From Candidatus Nomurabacteria bacterium (GTDB taxonomy: Bacteria > Patescibacteriota > Patescibacteriia > HK-STAS-PATE-3): DNA of 64,000 bases. This document shows, in pieces, positions 17,966-27,316 of this stretch. The position numbers and the translations under genes were made by a program. The notes beneath the pieces are model-generated. The model worked only from the letters and a program-made list of their open reading frames with translations, had not been told where the DNA came from and did not search any database. The stretch covers positions 608,001 through 672,000 of the forward strand of contig CP060223.1 of assembly GCA_023898465.1 (NCBI GenBank), read 5' to 3'. Position 1 is the stretch's first letter, and every line of letters starts with the position of its first letter.

Positions 17966-20389
17966 TTATGAACTTATTAAACCCTTATTTCCCTGCTGTG
18001 CTCGCATACCTTTAATAGGCAGACTTACTAAAAATGTCGTACCCTTTCCCTCTTCTGAAACAAAGCTGATTTTCCCTCCGGCCATTTCTACGACCGCTTT
18101 TGCAATATAGAGACCTAGACCAGTACCGTCTGTCTCCCTTACTTTTACATTATCAGCTCGGAAAAGTTTTGTGAAGATCTTATCTTGCTGTTTCTGAGGT
18201 ATGCCATAACCGTTATCTTTAATTTCCACGATGGCATTTTTTTGTTCAAGATACATTTTAACCCAAATTTTACCTTTTTCGGGGGTATACTTTACTGCAT
18301 TGCTAAGGAGATTATCAAACACTATCTGAATCAATTTTGGATCAAGATGGATTAATGGGATCCCCTTTTTAGTTTGCATCACTAACTTAATTTCTTTTTC
18401 ATTGATCATTGGTTGAAGTAGCGACGCGCTCACTCGACACAGCTCGGTAATATCCGTTGGTTGAGGATCTACAGCTAAAGTTCCTAGCTCTATGCGAGAG
18501 ACATTTAATAATGCATTTACCAAATCCACCATGCGTTGATTACCGTGGTATATTTCCTTCACATATTCAAGCTGATTTTTTTTCAGCTTACCCACGTCAC
18601 CATCTAGCAGCATTTCAGCATACCAATTAATCGCTGAAATAGGCGTACGTAATTGATGAGAAGCTAGAGAAACAAACTCAGTTTTTGCTCGATCGATTTC
18701 TTTTTCCTTTGTAATATCTCTTTCAATACCTACAAAGAATAACACATTGTTATCGTCATCTAATACCGGACTAACTGTCACCGATGCTTCATATATCTCA
18801 CCGTTCTTGCGCTTATTTTTTACCTCACCTTTAAAAGTAAGCTTCTTTTGAAAAATTGTAGTCCAAAACTTGCTATAAAATGCTTTTGGCATGAGGCCGC
18901 CCCAAAGCTCTCGCCCACCCGCCTTCTTACCTATTATCTCATTGGCTGAAAAACCAGTTATTTTTGTTGTTGCGTCATTAGCATATACAATAATCCCATC
19001 CGGATTTGTAATTACTATTTGATCGGAAGCCTGATCTACCGCTAAGCCAAATTTCTTTAAGTCCTGAGCTAAGAGTAAGGATCGATCTTTTTCTTGCTTC
19101 ACATCCTTCAGAGACTGGGTTAGTTTAGCTTTTGATTCAGCTAAACCTTTTTTTTGACGCTCTACAAGGGTGAGATTTCGACTAAGTTCAGCGGTACGAT
19201 CTGCTACTCTTTTTTCTAAAGTACTGCGATTCTTTTCTACTACGCCACGCATTTTCTCAAACGATTTTGCTAAGAGAGAAATCTCGTTGCTTGCACTAAA
19301 ACGATTAAGCGGTAGAGGTTTTGAAAAATTATTTTGCGCTATGGCATTAGATGCCTCAGTGAGGGTGCGCAACGGTGAGGTGATAAGGCTCGCGAGCAGA
19401 AAAGTGATCGCGGTAATGGCAATAAGACTTAACACACCAATCCGAATCGCCTCATTACTAAGCACGGTGACTGGTGCGAACAAACTACTCTCCGTGTACA
19501 CAGAGATGAGCGCCCAATAACGTTCAGGATGAGCTGGGTCATAAAAAACCTTCTTCCAAGTACGGAACTCTTGATCATCGCTATCTCGCTCAATCGCCTC
19601 ATCAAACGCGGCTACACGATCCTTCATTTCTGGATGAAGTACAAAATAATTTGCTCGGTTAGGCAGGACAAAGCCGTAAAGCAAATAAGAATCCGGATGT
19701 ATAAGTATATTTCCCTCACTATCAATGAGGACCTCGTACTGAGTTTCGGTGCTTACACTTCGGAGACCTTCCTGAATAACATCATTTGCATGCAAGTTGA
19801 GCACAACATAGCCCTCAATGACTTTAGTCTCGTCGTTTCGAACCTTGGCTACAACTCTCAGCACTGGCACATAGGGCTCTTGTATTTTTCCATACGCGAT
19901 ATTTAAATCATATGGGGAAATGAAAACATCAGTATTAGAACTTTGCGCTTCCTGAAAGTACTCCCACGCTGATTCATCCTCAAGTTGAGATCCTTCTACT
20001 ATTTGAACAACCCCGTTATCTCCGTCTACACGCACCATCTCTTTGCCATCCAGATCGAGATACTTTATACGAAAAATTCTTGGGTCGGCCTTTAGAAAAG
20101 ATTGAAATATTTGTTGAGTCTCGGTAATCGCCTGAGTACGAGCCTCGTTTTCACTGCCTGGTAATTTTGTGAGGCTTGGATAATCACGCAAAGAAAGCAC
20201 AAGGCGGTAATACGTTTCTAGTTCATCTTCCACATGTACAGCCTCTGACTCCACTACCCCTTTTTCTTGTTCTAAGATTCTGGCTTCTAAATTTGTCCTA
20301 GCCTGAAAAAATACTAAAAACCCCAGCACAAGCATAGGAATAGCAGCGAGTACTAGAAATATGAGCGCAAGTCGTATTCGTATACCCAT
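17966..20389 (-). CDS. Sensor histidine kinase with a large extracytoplasmic sensor domain, HAMP, coiled coil, PAS, HisKA and HATPase_c
   Basis: It has TM1 at residues ~7-28, a ~280 aa periplasmic domain, TM2 and a HAMP-like linker. The PAS-like segment is NPDGIIVYANDAT...GFSANEIIG. The H-box is ASHQLRTPISAI and N/G-box motifs are present (DNGYGIP, GTGLGL). It has no receiver domain. Confidence 0.85.
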   Translation of the reverse strand: MGIRIRLALIFLVLAAIPMLVLGFLVFFQARTNLEARILEQEKGVVESEAVHVEDELETYYRLVLSLRDYPSLTKLPGSENEARTQAITETQQIFQSFLKADPRIFRIKYLDLDGKEMVRVDGDNGVVQIVEGSQLEDESAWEYFQEAQSSNTDVFISPYDLNIAYGKIQEPYVPVLRVVAKVRNDETKVIEGYVVLNLHANDVIQEGLRSVSTETQYEVLIDSEGNILIHPDSYLLYGFVLPNRANYFVLHPEMKDRVAAFDEAIERDSDDQEFRTWKKVFYDPAHPERYWALISVYTESSLFAPVTVLSNEAIRIGVLSLIAITAITFLLASLITSPLRTLTEASNAIAQNNFSKPLPLNRFSASNEISLLAKSFEKMRGVVEKNRSTLEKRVADRTAELSRNLTLVERQKKGLAESKAKLTQSLKDVKQEKDRSLLLAQDLKKFGLAVDQASDQIVITNPDGIIVYANDATTKITGFSANEIIGKKAGGRELWGGLMPKAFYSKFWTTIFQKKLTFKGEVKNKRKNGEIYEASVTVSPVLDDDNNVLFFVGIERDITKEKEIDRAKTEFVSLASHQLRTPISAINWYAEMLLDGDVGKLKKNQLEYVKEIYHGNQRMVDLVNALLNVSRIELGTLAVDPQPTDITELCRVSASLLQPMINEKEIKLVMQTKKGIPLIHLDPKLIQIVFDNLLSNAVKYTPEKGKIWVKMYLEQKNAIVEIKDNGYGIPQKQQDKIFTKLFRADNVKVRETDGTGLGLYIAKAVVEMAGGKISFVSEEGKGTTFLVSLPIKGMRAQQGNKGLISS

Positions 20390-20410
20390 AAAACCCCTCT
20401 TATGAGCTAA

Positions 20411-21094
20411 TTATCGCTCCTTTTTACGGAAATCGTAACGCAAGCAGCCCTCGCAGCTGCAATTAAGAAAATTTGTCATACTGGCTAAACGTCGACCAAG
20501 GAGCCGGGCTACCTTCTTATCGCCCTGACTCAACTTCTTCTCTCCTCGATGCCCACTTACAAAAATACCCCCATATGGACTGCCGGCATCAAAATCAACA
20601 CCCTCCCCTTGTACTGGATAAGGGATACCTACTGGAATCATGCCTAGATTTAATAAAGGAATAATCAATGAAAGTAATGTTGCTTCTTCACCAGAGTGAA
20701 TACTACCACCTGAACAGAATACTGCAGCTGGCTTATTCACCAACTTCCCCTCTAACCATATAGGTGATAAACCATCAAGGAATTGCTTCAACTGAGAAGC
20801 AAAAGAACCAAAATGCACCGGGGTTCCCAGCGCGACTCCATCAGCGTTAATAAAATCGTCTAAACTTGCTTCAGGGAACTCTTTAGTCAAGCTATTATGC
20901 ACTTTTTTTAACTTTGGGTTTTTTCGAAAAAAAGAAGCGGGCAAAAGCTCGGGAACTCTCATTACCTTCACTTCAACATCACCTATCTCTCGTGCTCCCT
21001 GCGCAATAATTTTAGCCAACTCTGCTGTCTTACCGGTAAAACTATAAAAAAGCACGAGCACTGAAAGCTTTTTTGTATGAATTTTTGTTTGCAT
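20411..21094 (-). CDS. Flavodoxin-like fold protein (WrbA/NAD(P)H-flavin oxidoreductase-like) with C-terminal Cys cluster
   Basis: It has the flavodoxin-type phosphate-binding motif (YSFTGKTAELAK) and a C-terminal NCSCEGC motif. It is first in the co-oriented run of kinase, receivers and ABC genes. Confidence 0.45.
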   Translation of the reverse strand: MQTKIHTKKLSVLVLFYSFTGKTAELAKIIAQGAREIGDVEVKVMRVPELLPASFFRKNPKLKKVHNSLTKEFPEASLDDFINADGVALGTPVHFGSFASQLKQFLDGLSPIWLEGKLVNKPAAVFCSGGSIHSGEEATLLSLIIPLLNLGMIPVGIPYPVQGEGVDFDAGSPYGGIFVSGHRGEKKLSQGDKKVARLLGRRLASMTNFLNCSCEGCLRYDFRKKER

Positions 21095-21196
21095 AGATGA
21101 ATTGTAGCTTTTGCTAATAAAAAAAGCAAAATTGACTTTTTCATAAGGATAACATAAGCTCCTAATGACTTACATTTCCTACATGTATGACATAAT
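21095..21196. promoter_or_regulatory. Divergent promoter region with a 7-bp inverted repeat
   Basis: The plus-strand promoter is TTGACT (21132-21137), a 17 nt spacer and TAAGCT. The minus-strand promoter is TTGCTT, a 17 nt spacer and TACAAT. Its -10 ends only 6 nt before the ATG of the flavodoxin-like gene, so that transcript may be leaderless. An inverted repeat TTTTGCT-N9-AGCAAAA (21109-21131) lies between and over the two promoters. Confidence 0.45.
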
Positions 21197-21448
21197 ATGA
21201 AGACCATGAAAAATACACATCATGATGCTCACCACTTCTTTGGAACGACCACGCTAGGTGAAAAAGGTCAGGTGGTAATACCGGCCGAGACGAGAAAGGC
21301 GCTGAATTTAAAGCCAGGCGACAAACTGCTAGTCTTTGGCATGGGTAAAAATATGATCACGCTGACAAAGTTTGAACAGCTCGAGAAATTTACCAATATT
21401 ATGAGCAAGCGACTCGACGGCCTGCGTAAAATCCTCCGAGACGCTTAA
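21197..21448 (+). CDS. AbrB/MazE/SpoVT-family DNA-binding protein
   Basis: It has a swapped-hairpin AbrB-type motif (GEKGQVVIPAETRKALNLKPGDKLLVFGMG). It lies directly upstream of two ABC exporter genes. Confidence 0.6.
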   Translation: MKTMKNTHHDAHHFFGTTTLGEKGQVVIPAETRKALNLKPGDKLLVFGMGKNMITLTKFEQLEKFTNIMSKRLDGLRKILRDA

Positions 21449-21449
21449 T

Positions 21450-23216
21450 ATGCGCACACTCCTCCGCTTCGTCCGTCCTTATACATGGACCATAGTTTTA
21501 TTGGTTGGCTTTGTGTATGCCAGCGTGGCTGCCAACCTGGCTTTGCCCGATTATATGGCCAATATTATTAATAATGGCATTGTGGGTAAGGATATTGGCC
21601 TGGTCTGGCGAACAGGGTTGGAGATGCTCGCAATATCACTTGGTGGAGCAGCGGCCAGCTTCTTTGTTACCCTACTCGCCTCTCGTATTGCCAGTGGGTT
21701 TTCCCGTGACGTGCGAGAAGCGCTTTTTAGTAAGATCGAAAGCTTTTCTTTAAGCGAATTTAATACCTTCTCAACCGCTTCACTCATTACCCGCTCAACA
21801 AACGATGTCCAACAGTTGCAAACGGTGCTAGTCATCCTCCTACGTATGGCCCTAATGGCGCCAATTATGGGTATCTGGGCGATTATTAAAGCCTACACAA
21901 ACGCTCCGTCAATGACCTGGCTCATGGGTCTAGCAGTCGGTGTATTATTAGTGATTATTTCAGTTATTCTGGCTATTGCGATTCCGAAGTTTACTGCCCT
22001 GCAAAAGTTAGTTGATAAGTTAAACCTTGTTACTCGCGAGTTACTCACTGGACTTCGGGTTATCCGGGCCTTTCACCGCGAAGAAGCTGAGGAAACAAAA
22101 TTTGATAAAGCGAATGTTGAGCTTACGCAGCTTAACCTCTTTGTGAATCGACTCATGATCCTCCTGCAGCCAATTATGATATTCATCATGAATGTTACTA
22201 CATTGGCAATTGTTTGGTATGGCGCAAAGTTAGTTGATGCAGGAGACCTCCAAATCGGTCAAATGATTGCCTTTATGCAGTATGCCATGCAGGCCGTCTT
22301 TGCTTTCCTGTTGATCACTATGGTCTTTATTATGGTCCCTCGGGCTTCTGTCTCGGCTAAGCGCATTGGCGAAGTATTACGAACCAAGGCCACTATTCTT
22401 GACCCGGAAAAACCTGAGCAAGTTGAAAAACTGCAAAACGGAAAAGTGGAATTTGACCACGTTACCTTTTCCTACGGCCAAGCTGACACTCCTGTGCTGC
22501 ACGATATTTCCTTCACCGCTGAATCAAATCAAACCACGGCCTTTATCGGAAGTACTGGGAGCGGCAAGTCTACTTTGATCAACCTTATCCCCCGCTTTTA
22601 TGATGTGAGCTCCGGGGCTATTCGTATCGATGGTCTAGATATTCGACAACTACGCCAAGAGGATCTCTACAGTCGGATCGGTTTTGTTCCACAGAAGGGC
22701 GTCTTATTCTCCGGCACGGTGCGTAGTAATCTCACCTATGGGGCTCCAGATGCCAGTGAAGAGGAAATTCGCCGAGTTGCCCACATTGCCCAAGCTGATG
22801 AATTCATTGAGAAACTTGAAGGTGCTTATGGCGCGCCTATTTCTCAGGGCGGTACAAATGTTTCCGGTGGACAAAAACAACGCCTCTCCATCGCCCGAGC
22901 AATTCTGCATAAGCCACTCATCTATATCTTCGATGATAGTTTTTCAGCACTTGATTTCGCCACAGACGCAAAATTACGAAATGCGCTACGCAATGAGACA
23001 AGAAACAAAACGGTCTTGATTGTTGCCCAACGCATTAGCACTATTATGAATGCTGACAAGATTGTCGTGTTAAACGAAGGTCGGATTGTTGGACAAGGCA
23101 AGCACGCTGAGCTCATGGAAACTTGCCAAGTCTATCGTGAGATCGCACTATCTCAACTCTCAGAGGAAGAACTACAGGGCTCAGGAATAAAGACACTAAG
23201 TGCAGCAAACGCATGA
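21450..23216 (+). CDS. ABC exporter, fused permease/ATPase (heterodimer half 1)
   Basis: It has six N-terminal TM helices, Walker A (GSTGSGKST), the signature LSGGQKQRLSIAR and Walker B (IYIFDDSFSALD). Confidence 0.85.
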   Translation: MRTLLRFVRPYTWTIVLLVGFVYASVAANLALPDYMANIINNGIVGKDIGLVWRTGLEMLAISLGGAAASFFVTLLASRIASGFSRDVREALFSKIESFSLSEFNTFSTASLITRSTNDVQQLQTVLVILLRMALMAPIMGIWAIIKAYTNAPSMTWLMGLAVGVLLVIISVILAIAIPKFTALQKLVDKLNLVTRELLTGLRVIRAFHREEAEETKFDKANVELTQLNLFVNRLMILLQPIMIFIMNVTTLAIVWYGAKLVDAGDLQIGQMIAFMQYAMQAVFAFLLITMVFIMVPRASVSAKRIGEVLRTKATILDPEKPEQVEKLQNGKVEFDHVTFSYGQADTPVLHDISFTAESNQTTAFIGSTGSGKSTLINLIPRFYDVSSGAIRIDGLDIRQLRQEDLYSRIGFVPQKGVLFSGTVRSNLTYGAPDASEEEIRRVAHIAQADEFIEKLEGAYGAPISQGGTNVSGGQKQRLSIARAILHKPLIYIFDDSFSALDFATDAKLRNALRNETRNKTVLIVAQRISTIMNADKIVVLNEGRIVGQGKHAELMETCQVYREIALSQLSEEELQGSGIKTLSAANA

Positions 23217-25294
23217 GCGACCAAGAACGTAAAACCCAAAACAGCGGAGCTAGCACCCAATCTGGTCGTCCTATGATGCGACCAATGGGTGGTGGCAACC
23301 CTATGGCAATGATGCAGGCCGCAGCGAAGCCAAAAAACTTCAAGCGGACTATGCGTCAACTCGCCACCTATCTTAAGCCGTATTGGAAAAAGATTATTCT
23401 GGTACTAGTCTTGGCCATGGCGAGCACGGTTTTCTTAATCGCTAGCCCAAAAATACTCGGGCGTATGACCAATCAAGTAGTGGATGATTTTGTAGATGTC
23501 ACTGTATATAAGCAGCTGGTGGCAAAACTCCCGGCCGGTACTACTTTCCCAGAAGGTACTACCGGGGCTGATGTGCTCGCCCAACTCCCTCCCGAAACTA
23601 TTGAAAGCATGCCTGATTTTGCGAAAAGCGCATTAGAAAAACTGGACTTATCACAGGCCCCAAGTTTTCACTATGACATACTGCGCAACATTGCGCTTGA
23701 ACTCATGATCCTCTACCTCTTAAGCGCGCTTTTTAGCTACATACAAGGATGGATTATTACCGACGTATCGCAGAAAGTTACTTATCAGTTTCGTCGCGAT
23801 ATTTCCACAAAGATTGGCCGGATGCCTTTACGCTATTTTGATAAAACAACTCATGGTGAAGTACTTAGTCGAGTAACGAATGATGTCGATACCGTGAGTC
23901 AAACTCTCAATCAATCATTAGCGCAAATTATTACCGCCGTCACAGCGCTGATTGGCATACTTATCATGATGTTCTCGATCAGTTGGGAAATGACTCTCGT
24001 GTCTTTAGTCACCCTGCCAATGAGTTTTGGATTGCTTCGCGTCATTGTTGTGCGCTCGCAGCGTTTCTTTAAGCAGCAGCAAGATACGCTTGGACATTTG
24101 AATGGACATATCGAGGAAATGTTTAGCGGCCACACCGTTATGAAAGTGTTTAATGGTCAGAAGCGTTCGGTGGCCAAATTCACTAAAAATAATGACGAGC
24201 TCTATGGGAGTGCCTGGAAGTCGCAATTCCTTTCTGGGCTCCTCTTCCCGCTTACCAACTTTGTCGGCAACTTGGGCTATGTTGGCGTGACCGTCGTTGG
24301 CGGCTATTTAGCTCTGCATGGTCGGGTGAACATTGGCGATATCCAGGCCTTTATCCAATACGTCAACCAATTCAATCAACCAATTATCCAAACCGCAAAT
24401 GCGGCAAATGTGCTGCAGTCCACAGCTGCTTCAGCTGAGCGGGTATTTGAATTCCTGGCTGAAGAAGAGCAGAGCCCTGAAGCTCATCTGGAGAAAAAAG
24501 TATCGCAGGTCACCGGATCGGTCGAGTTTGAAGATGTAGTTTTTGGCTACACTCCAGGGCAAACGATTATTAAGAATTTCACTGCGCATATCAAAGCTGG
24601 TCAACGGGTAGCCATCGTAGGTCCGACCGGTGCAGGTAAAACCACCATCGTGAACTTGCTTATGCGCTTCTATAATGTAGACAGTGGGACTATTAAAATT
24701 GATGGAATCGACACACGCACAATGTCGCGCGCTGAAGTCCGAGAGCTCTTTGGTATGGTATTACAAGACACTTGGCTCTTCCATGGCACGATTAGAGAAA
24801 ACCTCCTCTACGGCAAGCCACAGGCAAGTGAAGAAGAGCTCATCGAAGCTGCGAAGGCCGCGCATGTTGATCACTTCATCCACTCACTCCCCCATGGCTA
24901 TGACATGGTACTTGATGAAGAGGCGAATAATATCTCGCAAGGTGAAAAACAATTACTCACCATTGCACGAGCAATGCTCATTAAATCACCAATGTTGATA
25001 TTAGATGAGGCGACCAGCTCGGTTGATACTCGCACCGAGATCCTTATTCAAAAGGCTATGGATCGACTGATGCATGCAAAGACAAGCTTCATTATCGCCC
25101 ATCGTCTGTCCACTATTAAGAATGCTGACCTCATCTTAGTCATGCGTGATGGTAATATTGTTGAGCAAGGCAAGCACGAGGAACTGCTCAAGCAGCAAGG
25201 CTTCTACGCCTCTCTCTACAACAGTCAGTTCGTGGCACCACTGATCGAAGAAGCAGAGCCCGTCACTCAAAAGCTGCATTCAGTCCCGGCCTAG
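23213..25294 (+). CDS. ABC exporter, fused permease/ATPase (heterodimer half 2) with Met/Pro/Gly-rich N-terminal extension
   Basis: It overlaps half 1 by 4 nt (ATGA). It has Walker A (GPTGAGKTT), the signature ISQGEKQLLTIAR and Walker B (LILDEATSSVD). It has a ~45 aa low-complexity N-terminus (MMRPMGGGNPMAMMQAAAKPK). Confidence 0.85.
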   Translation: MSDQERKTQNSGASTQSGRPMMRPMGGGNPMAMMQAAAKPKNFKRTMRQLATYLKPYWKKIILVLVLAMASTVFLIASPKILGRMTNQVVDDFVDVTVYKQLVAKLPAGTTFPEGTTGADVLAQLPPETIESMPDFAKSALEKLDLSQAPSFHYDILRNIALELMILYLLSALFSYIQGWIITDVSQKVTYQFRRDISTKIGRMPLRYFDKTTHGEVLSRVTNDVDTVSQTLNQSLAQIITAVTALIGILIMMFSISWEMTLVSLVTLPMSFGLLRVIVVRSQRFFKQQQDTLGHLNGHIEEMFSGHTVMKVFNGQKRSVAKFTKNNDELYGSAWKSQFLSGLLFPLTNFVGNLGYVGVTVVGGYLALHGRVNIGDIQAFIQYVNQFNQPIIQTANAANVLQSTAASAERVFEFLAEEEQSPEAHLEKKVSQVTGSVEFEDVVFGYTPGQTIIKNFTAHIKAGQRVAIVGPTGAGKTTIVNLLMRFYNVDSGTIKIDGIDTRTMSRAEVRELFGMVLQDTWLFHGTIRENLLYGKPQASEEELIEAAKAAHVDHFIHSLPHGYDMVLDEEANNISQGEKQLLTIARAMLIKSPMLILDEATSSVDTRTEILIQKAMDRLMHAKTSFIIAHRLSTIKNADLILVMRDGNIVEQGKHEELLKQQGFYASLYNSQFVAPLIEEAEPVTQKLHSVPA

Positions 25295-25905
25295 GCTCTC
25301 CCTTGTAGTCCAATGAGAGTGAGATAAGTGAGTAGTGATGCGATATTAGCTAAAAAGGTAATGAGGCCCCACTTAGCCCACTTCTGCTGGGACTTTTTAA
25401 AATCTTCCACACTTGCCCATCGATTTGCCTTCCATGCCATTTCATTTCCTTTGATACCCATAACTATCCACCATACATAATTAATCAATGGGATGTATGC
25501 AAAAAAACCAAACCAAACTCGATATGCGATGCTCCATGCCGGAGTAAGAAATGCGGCTGCCCAATTCCATCCTTTTACTTCTTCTGGCACTTGAGCTAAC
25601 TCATCCCCTGAACGAGCGTCATACCCCGACAAAACCACTTTCTCTTTCCGACGAAAATATACAACACAAACTATGACACCAACTATGGTGGCAGGCACCA
25701 TTAAAAGTATAAGCACGCTAAGTGTCAATTGAATTGGCACAAGTATATCCTCTCTGTCTTGTAAGAGGTACACTGTTACGCTCCAAATAAAAATTAAAAC
25801 AGCTACTAAAAGTTGTGGAATAAAAAATGCTAAAGCGCCCTTTACACGATTTCGATAAGGTACTTCTATATACTCTTGTGCTTTTGTGGTTTTTCTTTCA
25901 GCCAT
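25291..25905 (-). CDS. Hypothetical membrane protein (Trp-rich C-terminal domain)
   Basis: It has 3-4 TM helices and conserved aromatic residues (GWNWAAAFL...YRVWFGFFAY). I could not assign a family with confidence. Confidence 0.4.
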   Translation of the reverse strand: MAERKTTKAQEYIEVPYRNRVKGALAFFIPQLLVAVLIFIWSVTVYLLQDREDILVPIQLTLSVLILLMVPATIVGVIVCVVYFRRKEKVVLSGYDARSGDELAQVPEEVKGWNWAAAFLTPAWSIAYRVWFGFFAYIPLINYVWWIVMGIKGNEMAWKANRWASVEDFKKSQQKWAKWGLITFLANIASLLTYLTLIGLQGRA

Positions 25906-25916
25906 GAATATTCAAC

Positions 25917-26114
25917 CTAAAAATAACGACTGGCGATTTTGTAGCCAGCCCAAATACCGAGTATACCACCTATCCCACTAAACACAGTCGCGGTAAACGA
26001 AAGCCAACTTACTCCCCAAAGTCCGGGAATGGCGCCGCCAATCGTCGTACCCAGGATCGCACCGATCATGACAAAGGGTTTTTTATTCACTGTATTCCTA
26101 GTTAATAAACTCAC
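25917..26114 (-). CDS. Small Gly-zipper membrane protein
   Basis: It is 65 aa and hydrophobic, with GxxxG repeats (GAILGTTIGGAIPGLWG). Confidence 0.35.
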   Translation of the reverse strand: MSLLTRNTVNKKPFVMIGAILGTTIGGAIPGLWGVSWLSFTATVFSGIGGILGIWAGYKIASRYF

Positions 26115-26862
26115 TGAGTTCCTGCTCCCCTCCTAGTGGGGTCACCATAGCGGGCAGAGAACCAAGTAGATAGGCCGCGTTATCAGTGTATTGCAAATCA
26201 TCAATACGGAAACCAGGAACTGCAGCAATCTCTCGATTAAGCACGTCTTGAGCAGCTTCTTCGATTTGATTATAGTATTTCTCTGGCACAGTCAGACGGC
26301 CAACTTTGGCTTTTTGTAAATTCAAGGAAACCGATTGAGTGCCAGTGCGCGTTACGTCTACATCAACATAGACCGGTGCTTTGATATAGGGCGAAACAAA
26401 AGCGGAAATCTCCATGCCGCCTTCGCGAAAGCGAACTTGAATGTCACGGACAAAACGCCCATCGCCATGATAGTGTTGAATAAAAGCTGTCACCTCTTCG
26501 GAACTATGTTCATCGTCAATGGCCACCTGACCCGCAAAGCTTTTATTTTGTGACCAATAAAATGTACCTGGCTCAGCCTCAATCATCATCGGATTATCCG
26601 CTAAGGCACTGGCTAAATCGGCTTCGGTAGGATGGACCCCTAAATCAATCGGCTTATCAGAGCCAAAGAGTTGTGTCAGACCTGGGATATGCCATACGCC
26701 TGAATACCCTAGGGCCAGGAGAGGCAATATTATCAATACCACCACGAGAGTCACGAGCGTCCATCGTAAGCGATGACGCTTTGGTTTAGGTAGTGATTCC
26801 TGATGCTCGCCCTGTGGCAGCTCATGTGCAGGATTGAGATCAGCTTTTACTTCATTTGGCAT
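26098..26862 (-). CDS. Hypothetical membrane-anchored protein
   Basis: It has a single N-terminal TM helix after a charged N-terminus and a soluble C-terminal domain. I recognised no family. Confidence 0.4.
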   Translation of the reverse strand: MPNEVKADLNPAHELPQGEHQESLPKPKRHRLRWTLVTLVVVLIILPLLALGYSGVWHIPGLTQLFGSDKPIDLGVHPTEADLASALADNPMMIEAEPGTFYWSQNKSFAGQVAIDDEHSSEEVTAFIQHYHGDGRFVRDIQVRFREGGMEISAFVSPYIKAPVYVDVDVTRTGTQSVSLNLQKAKVGRLTVPEKYYNQIEEAAQDVLNREIAAVPGFRIDDLQYTDNAAYLLGSLPAMVTPLGGEQELSEFIN

Positions 26863-26931
26863 ACTCGTTTAGTAAATTCTAAGACCTCCTTAGGTATTGT
26901 GCCCTGAGAGGCTCCTTTGGTCAATTCTCTC

Positions 26932-27297
26932 CTAGGTGAATAAAAATCGCAGGACCAACAATAGCGCCCCAAGTACACATAACACCGCCCAATTGCGAAA
27001 ACCGTAAGGAGCGTATCGCTTGCCAGCCACTAATTCAAATAATGTCTTTTCATCACCGTAGCGAGCGTGCACAACCCCCAAGGGACAATTTCCATGATTC
27101 AACATCACAATAATCCACTGCCCTGCAAGTAGGGCTATACTGGCAATCGTCCATAAATTAAGCGCCCGGAAAAGACCTGAGTACCAAAGATACCCAGTGG
27201 CTAAAGTCATGCTTATGCCAATAATAAAATGACCAAAGCGCACCACATATACCATTCGCTGATAAGGCTTTGCGGACGACACTGTATTCATATACAT
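26932..27297 (-). CDS. Small hypothetical membrane protein
   Basis: It is 121 aa with 3-4 TM helices. It lies immediately downstream of element A and tRNA-Trp. Confidence 0.4.
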   Translation of the reverse strand: MYMNTVSSAKPYQRMVYVVRFGHFIIGISMTLATGYLWYSGLFRALNLWTIASIALLAGQWIIVMLNHGNCPLGVVHARYGDEKTLFELVAGKRYAPYGFRNWAVLCVLGALLLVLRFLFT

Positions 27298-27316
27298 ATC
27301 CTAGCACAAAGCAGGA

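Noticed and set aside
19170-19906. Two plus-strand ORFs (116 and 125 aa) inside the histidine kinase gene
   Set aside because: They are antisense to a kinase with intact HAMP, PAS, HisKA and HATPase motifs. I recognised no motifs of their own.
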